Both the position numbers and the translations under genes were made by a program. A DNA stretch of 64,000 nt, from positions 15,379 through 79,378 of the forward strand of contig JBBIUX010000002.1 of the NCBI GenBank assembly GCA_037440025.1, in the 5' to 3' direction. The notes under the pieces were generated by a model that did no database searches, was not told where the DNA came from, and worked only from the letters and a program-made list of their open reading frames with translations. Origin of the DNA: Candidatus Fraserbacteria bacterium. GTDB taxonomy: Bacteria; Bipolaricaulota; Bipolaricaulia; RBG-16-55-9; DRXL01. Below, in pieces: positions 8,920 to 18,928 of this stretch. The stretch's first letter is position 1, and each line of letters begins with the position of its first letter.

Positions 8920-9121
8920 ACTTCCCCTTTGACAGAGCCTATGGTGATGATGTTGGTTGCTCCGGCCTTGTCGTGTCTTTATCATATTATATACGTTCGA
9001 GTTCGGACTGTCTTCCAAGTTACGTTCACATTTGCCAAGGACGCTCGCCGCAGTGGCAGTGTGATGCCAAAGACCCTGATGCGCAAGCGGAGCCAATCTG
9101 GTACTATTACTGTCAACGAAG

Positions 9122-9886
9122 ATGACCAACAAAGGAACCCTAGGGCGAGCGATGCTAGAAGTTGTGGGGGTCACGAAGGACTTCGGCTATTTTCGCGCCT
9201 TGAATGGAGTCTCTTTCACCGTGCGACAGGGCGAAGTCCGGGCGCTCATCGGCCCCAACGGAGCGGGGAAGAGCACTCTCGTGAGCGTCATCTCCGGTGA
9301 GATCCGTCCCGATGCCGGCAGTATCGTCTTCGCCGGACAAGAGATTACAGACTATGCCCCTTGCAAGATCGCGCGATTAGGACTGGTGCGCACCTTTCAG
9401 ATATCGAATCTCTTTGAGAACTTGACGGTGAGCGAGTCACTGCGCGGGGCGCTGGCTCGCGGGTGTTTGCGATCTGTTTCCAGCTCTCAACTCCAAGAGA
9501 TGCTTGCTCGTGTGGGGTTGAGCGCTCAAGCGGATCGCGTGGCCGCGGAGCTATCACATGGCGAGCGCCGGTTACTCGAAATCGGGCTTGCTCTTGCGCA
9601 GCGCCCCAAGCTCTTCTTACTGGATGAGCCTACAGCTGGGCTGAGTCCCATGGAGACCAAGAAGACGGTCGAGCTTATGCAAAGACTGAAGACAGAAGGG
9701 CATGCTCTTCTGTTGATCGAGCATGACATTTCAGTCGTGCGGGCACTGGCCGATCGCATGACAGTCTTGCATCAAGGGAGAACCATAGCTGAGGGGACGC
9801 CGGATGAAATCGCCCGCCGTGTACAGCATATCTACTCCTTCATTCCGTCTCCATCCCCCTCCTCAAAGAAGAGAGCCCTATGCTAG
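9122..9886 (+). CDS. livG: Branched-chain amino acid ABC ATPase (LivG-like)
   Basis: GPNGAGKST, LVRTFQ, LSHGERR, LLDEPTAG; start may instead be ATG 9152. Confidence 0.9.
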   Translation: MTNKGTLGRAMLEVVGVTKDFGYFRALNGVSFTVRQGEVRALIGPNGAGKSTLVSVISGEIRPDAGSIVFAGQEITDYAPCKIARLGLVRTFQISNLFENLTVSESLRGALARGCLRSVSSSQLQEMLARVGLSAQADRVAAELSHGERRLLEIGLALAQRPKLFLLDEPTAGLSPMETKKTVELMQRLKTEGHALLLIEHDISVVRALADRMTVLHQGRTIAEGTPDEIARRVQHIYSFIPSPSPSSKKRALC

Positions 9887-10566
9887 AGCTCCGACATGTC
9901 CGAGCTGGTTATGGAAAAGATACGGTCTTGCAAGACGTTTCGCTGTTAGTGCGCCCTGGGGAGGTCGTGGAGCTCTTCGGCCGCAACGGGATGGGCAAGA
10001 CGACCACTCTGAAGAGTATTGTGGGGCTGGTTGCCGTGCGAGCCGGTTCAATCCGACTCAAAGAACAGGAATTGACGCAACTAGCAGCCTATGAGGTCCC
10101 CAGATTGGGAGTCAGCTATGTCCCGCAGGATCAGCGCGTCTTCGCGAACCTCAGCGTACGTGACAATCTCCAAGTAGCGCTACGCGAGCGACTGGGGGAA
10201 CTCCACCTTGATCTGGTTGCTCAGATCTTTCCCACTGTGAGGGATCACTTAGCTCAACAAGCAGGCACGCTGTCGGGGGGCGAGCAGCAGCTGCTCGCGC
10301 TGGCGCGCGCTGTGCTGTCTTCCCCGAAGTTTCTGTTGCTCGACGAGCCGACGGAGGGCTTGATGCCGTCGCTCGTCACACGTATCGAAGATATTATTAG
10401 AAAGCTCAAGAATGCCGGTGTTGGCATCCTGCTTGCTGAGCAGCAGCCCTCCAGAGCGTTGGCCACCTGCGACCGACTGTATATCATAGAGAAGGGTCGT
10501 ACTATCACAGAGTACGGCTCTGGCGAGTGTACTGTTGCTCACCTACACGATCATTTGAGGCTGTGA
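9880..10566 (+). CDS. livF: Branched-chain amino acid ABC ATPase (LivF-like)
   Basis: GRNGMGKTT, AGTLSGGEQQ, LLDEPTEGL. Confidence 0.9.
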   Translation: MLELRHVRAGYGKDTVLQDVSLLVRPGEVVELFGRNGMGKTTTLKSIVGLVAVRAGSIRLKEQELTQLAAYEVPRLGVSYVPQDQRVFANLSVRDNLQVALRERLGELHLDLVAQIFPTVRDHLAQQAGTLSGGEQQLLALARAVLSSPKFLLLDEPTEGLMPSLVTRIEDIIRKLKNAGVGILLAEQQPSRALATCDRLYIIEKGRTITEYGSGECTVAHLHDHLRL

Positions 10567-11232
10567 TCAGCACTTGAGCTTGGCGGTGACTTGGCTGGCT
10601 GGCAGCGTGATTAAAAACTCAGCGAAAAAGATCTGCGACAGGGGGATGAGCGCAATCGTCTTGATCTCAGTTGCTTGCGGAGCCACGCCCACCGTCCATA
10701 GATAGAACTGCACCTTCACGGCATCAAAGTCCACTTCGGCCCTGATGCGATACGTGTACCATTCGGGGTAAAGTCTGGCTTTGGGCGTCAGATACTTGTT
10801 GATCATCATCTTGGCGGCGGCTTCGCGCAGTTGCGGCGAGTTCCCGTAGATGGCAAGCTCTTCCAACTCCTGAACGGTCTTGGTGCGCAGGTCAATCCCC
10901 GCGACCACAGGGTTTTCGATGGTCGGCAGGTTCCAGCAGGCGCTGATCACTTTGCCTTGTTTGGCTTCTTCGACGGCTTGGCGCAGCTCTTTGAAACCGC
11001 GCTCGCGCTCGATTTTCTGAATAAGCGGGTCGAGATCGAAAAGTGGACGCTCGATAAATAGATACGCAGCGACCAACGTCCGCGCCGCCGCCAGGCGGAA
11101 CTCCGGTATAGCATCTGTAGACACCATCTCGATCAATCGGGGAATGGGCTTGGTATCAGCAAAAGAAGCGATGCTCAGCACCGCCAGCAGGCCCACCGTT
11201 AACAGCATCCCCCTGGCTTTCTGTCGCGTCAC
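10567..11232 (-). CDS. Hypothetical secreted protein with HEAT-like repeats
   Basis: GTG start with SD GGGGTGA; signal-like N-terminus; repeated PEFRLAAA / PQLREAAA motif. Confidence 0.62.
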   Translation of the reverse strand: MTRQKARGMLLTVGLLAVLSIASFADTKPIPRLIEMVSTDAIPEFRLAAARTLVAAYLFIERPLFDLDPLIQKIERERGFKELRQAVEEAKQGKVISACWNLPTIENPVVAGIDLRTKTVQELEELAIYGNSPQLREAAAKMMINKYLTPKARLYPEWYTYRIRAEVDFDAVKVQFYLWTVGVAPQATEIKTIALIPLSQIFFAEFLITLPASQVTAKLKC

Positions 11233-11320
11233 GGCAATCACCCCAGAGTCGTGTTTTGTGAAAGCATTATAGCTCACACCAACGAGAGTGACAAGTCTAT
11301 CCAAAAACTGATGGAGGTAT

Positions 11321-12625
11321 TCAGCTGCCAGCAGACTTCTCTTCGTAAACAAATTCGTGTTCGCCGAGTTTAATGAGAGCTCCCTCGTGCAACCCCTGAC
11401 GCCGTAGCTCCGCCATGATACCGAGAGCCTCGAAGCGTTCATAGAGGTACTCTTGGGCGTCGCGCTCCTCCAGCGAGAGCCGCGCCAGCCGAGCAACTGC
11501 TGTTCCCGTTAGGACAAACGCTGTCTCATCACGCTGTACATCGAACTCCGGCCCTCCAGTGAATGTGTAGACGCGCCGGCGCACCTCCGAGCGGGATTCT
11601 GGCTCTCTGTAAGGCCCAACCTGAGGTTGAGCACTCTTCAGCTGTTGGTAGCACTCGTACACCAAAGCGCGGGTCCCCTCGCCCGTCACAGCGGAGATCA
11701 AGCGCAGCTCAATCCCCTGGGTAGCAAATCTCCCTTTGATCGCCTGACGCTCCGCTTCGCTTAAGAGATCAATCTTGTTGCCTACGACGATCTGAGGCTT
11801 TTGCGCAAGCGCAGGTGAAAACGATACCAGCTCGTGATTGATCACGGAAAAATCGTGTAGCGGGTCGCGGCACTCTCCTATGGGGACCAGATCGATCAAG
11901 TGAATCAAAAGTCGCGTGCGCTCGACGTGCTTGAGAAATCTATCGCCTAAGCCCTTGCCCTCATGCGCCCCTTCGATCAAGCCGGGGATGTCTACGATCA
12001 CAAAGTCTTTGAAATCCTCGACCTGCACGACTCCCAGCGTTGGGGTAATCGTCGTAAAGGGATAGGGTGCGACCTTCGGGCGGGCCGCGGAGATCTTTGC
12101 GATCAAACTTGACTTTCCCGCGTTAGGAAAACCGATGATGCCCACATCGGCCAGTAGCTTCAGCTCCAACTTCAGCCAGCGCTCTTCGCCGGGGGCACCC
12201 TTCTCACGGATGCGGGGAGCCTGACGGGTAGAAGTCTTAAAGCGCGCGTTGCCTCGGCCGCCATCGCCGCCGCGTGCGACTAAAATCTCTTTTCCGGGCT
12301 CGTCTAAATCAGCCAAAAACTCCTCGGTCTGGAGGAGCTTGGCGACCGTGCCCACCGGCACACGGATAACCAAATCCTTGCCATCGGCTCCGTGGCGTTC
12401 GTTTTTGCCGCCGGGCTGGCCGGCTTGCGCTTTGAAGTGCACTGTGTGCTTAAACGTGAGCAGCGTGTTCACATGGGGATCAGCCCGGAGAATGACAGCG
12501 CCGCCACGACCGCCGTCGCCGCCGTCGGGGCCGCCTTTGGGCCTGTACTTCTCGCGGCGAAACCCGATCACGCCGTCCCCGCCTCGACCGGCTGCTACGC
12601 AGATCTTGGCTTCGTCAATGAACAT
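11321..12625 (-). CDS. obgE: GTPase ObgE/CgtA with C-terminal OCT domain
   Basis: MFIDEAKI, GGPDGGDGGRGG, GFPNAGKSS, PYPFTT, DIPGLIEGA. Confidence 0.97.
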   Translation of the reverse strand: MFIDEAKICVAAGRGGDGVIGFRREKYRPKGGPDGGDGGRGGAVILRADPHVNTLLTFKHTVHFKAQAGQPGGKNERHGADGKDLVIRVPVGTVAKLLQTEEFLADLDEPGKEILVARGGDGGRGNARFKTSTRQAPRIREKGAPGEERWLKLELKLLADVGIIGFPNAGKSSLIAKISAARPKVAPYPFTTITPTLGVVQVEDFKDFVIVDIPGLIEGAHEGKGLGDRFLKHVERTRLLIHLIDLVPIGECRDPLHDFSVINHELVSFSPALAQKPQIVVGNKIDLLSEAERQAIKGRFATQGIELRLISAVTGEGTRALVYECYQQLKSAQPQVGPYREPESRSEVRRRVYTFTGGPEFDVQRDETAFVLTGTAVARLARLSLEERDAQEYLYERFEALGIMAELRRQGLHEGALIKLGEHEFVYEEKSAGS

Positions 12626-12652
12626 GTTCGCCCACAAAGAGAAAGGAGAAAC

Positions 12653-12720
12653 CAGAGGGCAGAAGACAGAAATCAGAAATCAGGGCTGTTTCTGCCTTCT
12701 GCCTTCTGATCTCTGACTTC
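12653..12720. repeat. Two opposed arrays of 7-bp tandem repeats (CAGANNN x4 / TCTGNNN x4)
   Basis: cagaggg cagaaga cagaaat cagaaat cag ... tctgcct tctgcct tctgatc tctgact. Confidence 0.85.
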
Positions 12721-12723
12721 CGG

Positions 12724-12996
12724 CTACTCTGCCCGGACGTGCACGAGGCTTCCTTGAAAGACGACCCGACCGTCGCGCAGGGCAAAGAGCGTGTGATCGC
12801 GCCCCAGGCCAACGCCATCTCCAGGGCGGAACCTCGTCCCGCGTTGACGAATAATGACGCTGCCGGTCCGAACGAGCTCGCCGCCGTAGGCTTTGACGCC
12901 CAAGCGCTTCGCGTTGGAGTCGCGACCGTTACGGGAACTGCCACTGCTCGTCTTATGCGCAAAGAGTTGCACATCGAATCTTCTAGACTTTGACAT
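12724..12996 (-). CDS. rpmA: 50S ribosomal protein L27 with N-terminal propeptide
   Basis: [12 protein letters not shown]|[23 protein letters not shown]. Confidence 0.97.
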   Translation of the reverse strand: MSKSRRFDVQLFAHKTSSGSSRNGRDSNAKRLGVKAYGGELVRTGSVIIRQRGTRFRPGDGVGLGRDHTLFALRDGRVVFQGSLVHVRAE

Positions 12997-13321
12997 TCCC
13001 AACGACCTCCTCGACCTTCAAATATTCCGGGTACTCCCGCTCCATGGCGCGCAGCCCCAACACCATCGTTTCCAGAATCGCGTCAATTTCGCGATTAAGG
13101 AAGATATCCCGTTCCAGTTGACAGTGCAAGTGTCCCTTCTCTTGTTCCACTTTGGTCTTGAGTTTCAAATACTCCTCTACCCCCAAGACGGCCGTCTGCA
13201 AGATGGACGAGACGCCCGCACAGACGAGATCCCGCCCGGCCTCGGCGTAGCCCGTATGGCCGCGGCTGCGAAACTCGCAGATCTTTCCCTCGCCATCCCG
13301 CAGGATCTCGACCGATGTCAT
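12983..13321 (-). CDS. prp: Ribosomal-processing cysteine protease Prp
   Basis: [18 protein letters not shown] motif; lies between rplU and rpmA. Confidence 0.95.
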   Translation of the reverse strand: MTSVEILRDGEGKICEFRSRGHTGYAEAGRDLVCAGVSSILQTAVLGVEEYLKLKTKVEQEKGHLHCQLERDIFLNREIDAILETMVLGLRAMEREYPEYLKVEEVVGNVKV

Positions 13322-13635
13322 GCGTGAATCTCCTTGATGACCGCTTCCAAATAAGATTGGCGGTGGCCTATCTTGCGGCGTCGGCGAGTCTTGCGCTTGT
13401 ATTTAAACACATCGAGTTTAGGCCCGCGAAAGCTTTTAGAGATTTCCGCGACGACCCGCGCCCCCTCGACGTGTGGAGCCCCTATCTGGGTCTTGCTGCC
13501 CCCCACGAGCAGGACGTTCTTGAACTCGACGCGCTGACCGACCTCGACACCCTTAAGCTTCTCGATCACAATCGCATCTCCTGGGGAGACGCGATATTGC
13601 TTGCTGCCGGTTTCGATTACTGCGTATTGCGCCAT
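13318..13635 (-). CDS. rplU: 50S ribosomal protein L21
   Basis: YAVIETGSKQYRV...FKYK...GHRQ. Confidence 0.97.
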   Translation of the reverse strand: MAQYAVIETGSKQYRVSPGDAIVIEKLKGVEVGQRVEFKNVLLVGGSKTQIGAPHVEGARVVAEISKSFRGPKLDVFKYKRKTRRRRKIGHRQSYLEAVIKEIHA

Positions 13636-13718
13636 ATATTCAGATCCATCCTTCTGACTAAGATACAGACAAGAACAGCAAGATTGTAGCGAACGGAAGA
13701 GCGGGGTGCAAGATGCCG

Positions 13719-15356
13719 TTAGCCCGCTTTCAGCTGGCTGTACTTCTCTTGCAGGGCCTTCACGTCAATCTTTTGCAACAAGACGTGTGCTGGCCCAAGC
13801 TTGGCTCCCTGTTCGACTTTGAGCACATCTTCAAACGTCGGCTGCTTCACGCCCAGCATCGGATACGCTTTCTGCGAAAACCCGGGCACGAAGGGTTCCA
13901 GCAAGATTGTCATCGCTTTCACGAGTTGCAAAGTCGTCAAAATGACTTCTGGCTTGTGACCCTCCCAAGGGCGGTTTCTCTGCACGTACTCGTTCCCCAG
14001 CACTGCCAAGTCTCCCAACCAGCGCAGCGCCGGACCCAGAAGCCCTGCTTCAATCGTGCCTTCGTACTCTTCTTTGGCCGATTTGATCTGTTTGAAAATC
14101 TCTGGGTAAACGTTGGCTTTGGGGTAGATACCCCCGTAGCTGCGATGGGCTAGCGAGACGATTCTATTTAAGAGATTGCTAATATTATTTATAAAAACGC
14201 CGTTGACAGCGTTGTCTACGTCCTCCCAGCTGAACTCTATATCTTTGCGCTCCGGGCGATTATAGAGCAGATAGAAACGCCAATAGAGCGGATCCATCAG
14301 CTCGAGAGCATCGTCGCTGAAGAGCCCGATCTTCTGAGATTTCGAAAATCTCTGTTTGCCGATCCACTGCAAATGCTCGGTCGCCGAGATTTGATCAGGC
14401 AGATGATACCCCTCGCCCGAAGCGAGTAACTGTCCGGGAAAGATCAGTGTGTGGAACGTGATATTGTCTTTCCCTTGGGTGTAGACTTGCTTGACGTCGT
14501 CGCCGAACCAGAACTCGCGCCAGCGCTCGGGCTCTTTTTGCTTCTCAAAGTATTCGACAGTTGCTGAGACATAGCCCAAGGCAGCTTCAGCCCAGACGTA
14601 GATGACCTTCCCCGCGGCGCCCGCAAACGGCGCGGGAATGCCCCACGAGAGATCTCTGGTCACTGCGCGGGGTTTCAGTCCATCCTTCAGCAACCCGTCA
14701 GTAAAGTTCTTCACGTTGGGAGCCCAGTTTTGATGAGCGCTCACGTACTCCCGCAGCTGGGGCTCTAATTTTTTGAGATCGAGATACCAGTTGCGCGTCT
14801 TCTGAAAGATTATTTTGTTCTGTCTGCACATCTGGCACTGCGGGTGGATGAGATGCTCAGCTTCGAGAAGCGAGCCACAGTTATCACATTGGTCTCCATA
14901 GGCGCGTTCGTACTTACACCGCGGGCAAGTGCCGACGATAAACGAGTCGGCCAGAAATTTCTTGCAGTTTTGGCAGTACGCGCGCTCTTCGTCTTTGGTG
15001 AAGATATACCCGTTGGCCTCCATCTTTTTGTAGATCTCTTGCACAAAACGTTGGTGAGTCGGCGAGCGCGTGATCGTATAATTCTCTAAGTGAATGTCAA
15101 ACTTATGGAGCGTCTCGACGATCTGCTGGTGGATTTGCTCGACCAATTCTTGCGAGGTGATGCCCCGTTGGAGGGCCTCAAACTCCATGCGAGTGCCGTG
15201 GGCGTCGGTGCCGCTGACGTGCACGACCTCGTGCCCTTTGAGCTTATAGTAGCGGGCGAAAACGTCACCGGAGAGCAAACAACCAATCAACGTGCCCAAG
15301 TGCGGCACGTTGTTTGCATACGGCCAAGCGCTGCAAATTAAAATCTTTTGGGCGAA
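13719..15356 (-). CDS. metG: Methionyl-tRNA synthetase (no C-terminal appended domain; start codon uncertain)
   Basis: KILICSAWPYANNVPHLG, SGTDAHG, two Zn knuckles, RDLSWGIP, RFSKS; the conserved N-terminus extends upstream of the ORF-track GTG. Confidence 0.93.
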   Translation of the reverse strand, partial: FAQKILICSAWPYANNVPHLGTLIGCLLSGDVFARYYKLKGHEVVHVSGTDAHGTRMEFEALQRGITSQELVEQIHQQIVETLHKFDIHLENYTITRSPTHQRFVQEIYKKMEANGYIFTKDEERAYCQNCKKFLADSFIVGTCPRCKYERAYGDQCDNCGSLLEAEHLIHPQCQMCRQNKIIFQKTRNWYLDLKKLEPQLREYVSAHQNWAPNVKNFTDGLLKDGLKPRAVTRDLSWGIPAPFAGAAGKVIYVWAEAALGYVSATVEYFEKQKEPERWREFWFGDDVKQVYTQGKDNITFHTLIFPGQLLASGEGYHLPDQISATEHLQWIGKQRFSKSQKIGLFSDDALELMDPLYWRFYLLYNRPERKDIEFSWEDVDNAVNGVFINNISNLLNRIVSLAHRSYGGIYPKANVYPEIFKQIKSAKEEYEGTIEAGLLGPALRWLGDLAVLGNEYVQRNRPWEGHKPEVILTTLQLVKAMTILLEPFVPGFSQKAYPMLGVKQPTFEDVLKVEQGAKLGPAHVLLQKIDVKALQEKYSQLKAG

Positions 15357-15419
15357 GGTGAATCACCCTTTCAGGGCAGAGTATAGCCGATGAAACTAAA
15401 CCCGGCAAGCGGTTTCACC

Positions 15420-15668
15420 CTATCTATCTGGCCAGGTCTCTTCCAGCCGCGCGATCTCCTGGCGGGCTTCGCTGACTTTCTTCTGGAGCCATTCTAACAG
15501 CACGTCCAGCTCAGCCCACCGCTGCACGAACTCCTCACTGCCCACCGGCTGGCGATGTAACTCCTTCGCCGTCACAAGATAGCGCTCATTGAGCTTGGCG
15601 ATCTCATCGGTCAGCCGCTCCAGTTCCGGTGAGCTCCACTTGGGCAACGCGTTCCCGTTGGTGTTCAT
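15420..15668 (-). CDS. Small helical hypothetical protein
   Basis: ATGA overlap with the pepF stop; amphipathic coiled-coil-like sequence. Confidence 0.6.
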   Translation of the reverse strand: MNTNGNALPKWSSPELERLTDEIAKLNERYLVTAKELHRQPVGSEEFVQRWAELDVLLEWLQKKVSEARQEIARLEETWPDR

Positions 15669-17467
15669 GCTTCCCTTGCCGTGAGTTTCTCCAGATGGTC
15701 TACGTACTGAGCTAAGACGGCAAACGTGCGCTCCACCGGCTCCGCCGAGGCCAAGTCCACTCCCGCCAGTTTCAGCGCGTCCAAGGGGAAGAGCGAGCCG
15801 CCCGCTTTTAAGAACTGAAGATATTTTTCGGCTGCGCCCGGCTTGCCAGCTAAAATCCCTTCGGCCAGCGCGTGCGCCCCGGAAATCCCCGTCGCGTATT
15901 GATAGACATAGAAGTTCGCATAGAGATGCGTCGCGAACTGCGCCCAGGTGATCCCCACTCGGTCCTGGTCCATCACCACTTCGTCGCCATAGCCTTCAGC
16001 GAAGAGATCTGCCATGAGCCTGATAAGCGTTTCGGCAGAAAGAGCCTCGCCGCGCTCCACGCGCTCGTGAATCTCTAACTCGAAGCGCGCTAATGTCGGC
16101 ATGATGAAAAAGTACCGGTGAAAGTTGGCCATCGCCTCTTCGATGACCGCGATCTGAAAGTCCGGGTCTTTTGGGGTTTTCAACAGATGGGCCCGCACTA
16201 AGGCTTGGTTGAAGTTCGACGCCACTTCAGCGACGAAGAGCGAATAACGAGAGTACACAAAGGGCTGTGCCTTCCACGTATAGTACGAGTGCAGCGAGTG
16301 TCCCAGCTCATGAGCGAGCGTGCTCAGACTGAAAATATCGTCGTTGTAGCTCATTAAGATAAACGGGTGCGTGCCCGGAGCACCACTGGAGAACGCGCCC
16401 ATGCGCTTGCCCTTGTTGGGGTAAATATCTACCCAGCGCTGCTGCAGTACCCCTTGCTGTACGATGCGCACGTACTCTTCTCCCAAGGGCTTCATGCCTT
16501 CGCAGATCCACTCGACGGCCTGCTGGAAGGGCACCGCGGGATTTTTTTGCGTGAGCGGCGCCCTGGTGTCATAGACGTAGAGCTTGTCGTACCCCAGTGC
16601 GCGTCGCCGGATCTGCCAGTAGCGATGCCAAGTGGGCAAGTGCTTTTTATACGTGCTGATTAAATTGTGAAAGACTTCAACGGGAATATAGTTCGCCGCC
16701 AGCGCTGCTTCTAAAGACGATTGGTATTTTCGCGCACGGGCCATGAAGACGTTCTGCTTGACACCTGCAGCAATACAGTTGGCCATGGTGTTCTTCAGTG
16801 CCAAGTAGGCCTCGCAATAGTTCTCCCAGGCGGTGCGGCGCACTTCCCGATCGGCGTGATGGAGCAGTGTCCCGATGGTGCTGTGGGTGATCTCATGGCC
16901 CCCAGCCGCCGAGCGAAAAGTGAGCTCGGCGTCCGAGAGAATACCGTGTGTTGCCGCAGCAGTACGGAACGGATCCATCACTTGGCGCAAGAGCTCTTCG
17001 ACTTCTGCCGACCGAACGTGGGCTTGGCGGCGCTCCAGCTCATCAAAATAGTGCCCATAGATGGCCAACCGAGGTTCTTCCTGCATCCAGCGCCGCAGCT
17101 TCTCGAACCCCATAGAGAGCATTTCTGGCTCAGCGAAGGCCATGGCTGCCATCGCGCGCGCGAAGAGCCCACGAGCACGGTCATTTTTCGCGGCCGCGGC
17201 TTGGTCGCTCGTATCGGCATGGTGCAACATCCCGGCGTAGACTATGATCTTACCGAGGCTGCCCCCGATCCGTTCAACTGTTTCAAACCAATCAGCCAAC
17301 ACCTTCGGACTCTCTGCCAAGCGTCCGCGAAAGGCAACCACCTCAGAGAGTTGCTCTGTGACCTTCTTGATTTCGGCCTCCCAGGCACCATCCGAGGGAA
17401 AGACGCTTTGGACATCCCACGTCTGTTCGATGGGGACCTCGCTCCGTAACGGTACTCGTTGCGCCAT
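15665..17467 (-). CDS. pepF: Oligoendopeptidase F (M3B)
   Basis: [44 protein letters not shown]. Confidence 0.95.
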   Translation of the reverse strand: MAQRVPLRSEVPIEQTWDVQSVFPSDGAWEAEIKKVTEQLSEVVAFRGRLAESPKVLADWFETVERIGGSLGKIIVYAGMLHHADTSDQAAAAKNDRARGLFARAMAAMAFAEPEMLSMGFEKLRRWMQEEPRLAIYGHYFDELERRQAHVRSAEVEELLRQVMDPFRTAAATHGILSDAELTFRSAAGGHEITHSTIGTLLHHADREVRRTAWENYCEAYLALKNTMANCIAAGVKQNVFMARARKYQSSLEAALAANYIPVEVFHNLISTYKKHLPTWHRYWQIRRRALGYDKLYVYDTRAPLTQKNPAVPFQQAVEWICEGMKPLGEEYVRIVQQGVLQQRWVDIYPNKGKRMGAFSSGAPGTHPFILMSYNDDIFSLSTLAHELGHSLHSYYTWKAQPFVYSRYSLFVAEVASNFNQALVRAHLLKTPKDPDFQIAVIEEAMANFHRYFFIMPTLARFELEIHERVERGEALSAETLIRLMADLFAEGYGDEVVMDQDRVGITWAQFATHLYANFYVYQYATGISGAHALAEGILAGKPGAAEKYLQFLKAGGSLFPLDALKLAGVDLASAEPVERTFAVLAQYVDHLEKLTAREA

Positions 17468-17589
17468 AGCATCAACACCCTTTTTGGGGAAATAACACGA
17501 GAGACTATAGCCCATAGAGCGCGATTTGGCAACAAGGCTCCTCCGCGACTATAATAACAAGCAGATCACGGCAATCAGGAGCGAGGGCC

Positions 17590-18633
17590 ATGTTGCGATT
17601 ACCACCGTTTGAATACCACACCCCCACGACGCTGGGGCAAGCGCTCAAAATCTTAGCTCATTTGGGTCCACAAGCAATGGTCGTTGCCGGCGGCACGGAC
17701 ATCTACCCCAAGATGAAACGCCGCCAGTTCCAGCCAAAAGCCCTTCTCAGTTTAAGGGCTATTAAGAGACTCACAGGTATCCAAGGGAGCAAAACCAAGG
17801 GTTTTGTCATCAAGGCGGGCACCACGCTCACCGAAATTGCTCGGCACTCGGTCTTGCAGAAAGCCTATCCTGGTTTGACGGAGGCCGTCGGTCTCATCTC
17901 GACACCCATCCTGAGAAATATGGTGACGATCGGGGGCAACGTCTGTCTGGACACCCGATGTACTTATTACGATCAGACATATCATTGGCGCAAATCTGTG
18001 GACTGGTGCATGAAAGCTCCGGGGCCCAAGGGTGTACTGCTCGATTCGTCTGAGACTCCGAAGGAGCCGGTGCCCTGTCGAGTAGCGCCCGGCGGCAATC
18101 GCTGCTGGGCGGTCTCCAGCACCGATAGCGCTCCCGTGTTCATTGCGCTCGGTGCGAAGATAGTTCTAGTGAGCACTCAGGGCGAGCGCGAGCTCGCTCT
18201 GAAGGACTTCTATCGCGATGACGGGATACAGTATCTGACAAAACGCCCGGACGAGATTCTGACGGAGATTCACATTCCGCCCGCCGACGGACTGAAAAGC
18301 GCGTATCTCAAACTGCGCCGGCGGGGATCGTTCGATTTTCCGGTCTTAGGGGTAGCCGTTGCGCTCAAGCAAGCTGACGACGGAACGATCACCGACTGCA
18401 AGATCGTGCTTGGTGGGATTGCTTCGCATCCTGTGGAGTTCACAGAAGCCGAGAAAATTTTACTTGGGCAGAAGCCCACAAAGGAACTGATCGAGCACGT
18501 TGCGCAAGCAGTCTTCGGTCCAGCGCGGCCGATGGACAACACCGATTTGCATTTATATTACAGAAAGCGCATGGCGCCGGTGTATGTGAAGCGGGCACTG
18601 GGGGAGCTTCTTAATGGTCGGCTTGTTCGCTGA
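17590..18633 (+). CDS. Xanthine-dehydrogenase-family FAD subunit with Fe-S insert (4-hydroxybenzoyl-CoA reductase beta-like)
   Basis: VAGGTD, RNMVTIGGNVCLDTRCTYY...WC..C...RCWA, KLRRRGSFDFP. Confidence 0.88.
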   Translation: MLRLPPFEYHTPTTLGQALKILAHLGPQAMVVAGGTDIYPKMKRRQFQPKALLSLRAIKRLTGIQGSKTKGFVIKAGTTLTEIARHSVLQKAYPGLTEAVGLISTPILRNMVTIGGNVCLDTRCTYYDQTYHWRKSVDWCMKAPGPKGVLLDSSETPKEPVPCRVAPGGNRCWAVSSTDSAPVFIALGAKIVLVSTQGERELALKDFYRDDGIQYLTKRPDEILTEIHIPPADGLKSAYLKLRRRGSFDFPVLGVAVALKQADDGTITDCKIVLGGIASHPVEFTEAEKILLGQKPTKELIEHVAQAVFGPARPMDNTDLHLYYRKRMAPVYVKRALGELLNGRLVR

Positions 18634-18708
18634 TTTGGTCTAAAATCTCCTGCAAAGCACGGGCCTTAGCCTCCACCACGGCGAGCGAAACATATAAATC
18701 GGCCCAAG

Positions 18709-18861
18709 GGCTCTGTAGAAATCCTTGGGTGCCGGATGCTCAAGCATCCGTCTCAGCAGATACAAGCCCGCTGAAGCGGGCTGGAAGAGCGTGCTTGAGC
18801 ACGCTTGCACCTCCTGAGACGGTGGATTGATCCGCCGGCTCCAGGAGATTTCTACAAAGCC
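18709..18861. mobile_element. MITE-like element: 15-bp terminal inverted repeats enclosing a four-hairpin cassette
   Basis: GGCTCTGTAGAAATC ... GATTTCTACAAAGCC (14/15 match); internal hairpins with TCAA/TGAA/TTGA loops. Confidence 0.7.
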
Positions 18862-18928
18862 TCTTTGTGCAATCTATCTCTGCCACGTAAGGATTTGCTT
18901 CTGCCAAAACTCGATCATCTTGATAATT

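Noticed and set aside
8920-9174. His-rich N-terminal extension (NQHHHHR) on the VWA protein
   Set aside because: Lies upstream of the true signal-peptide start and crosses a divergent promoter region and livG
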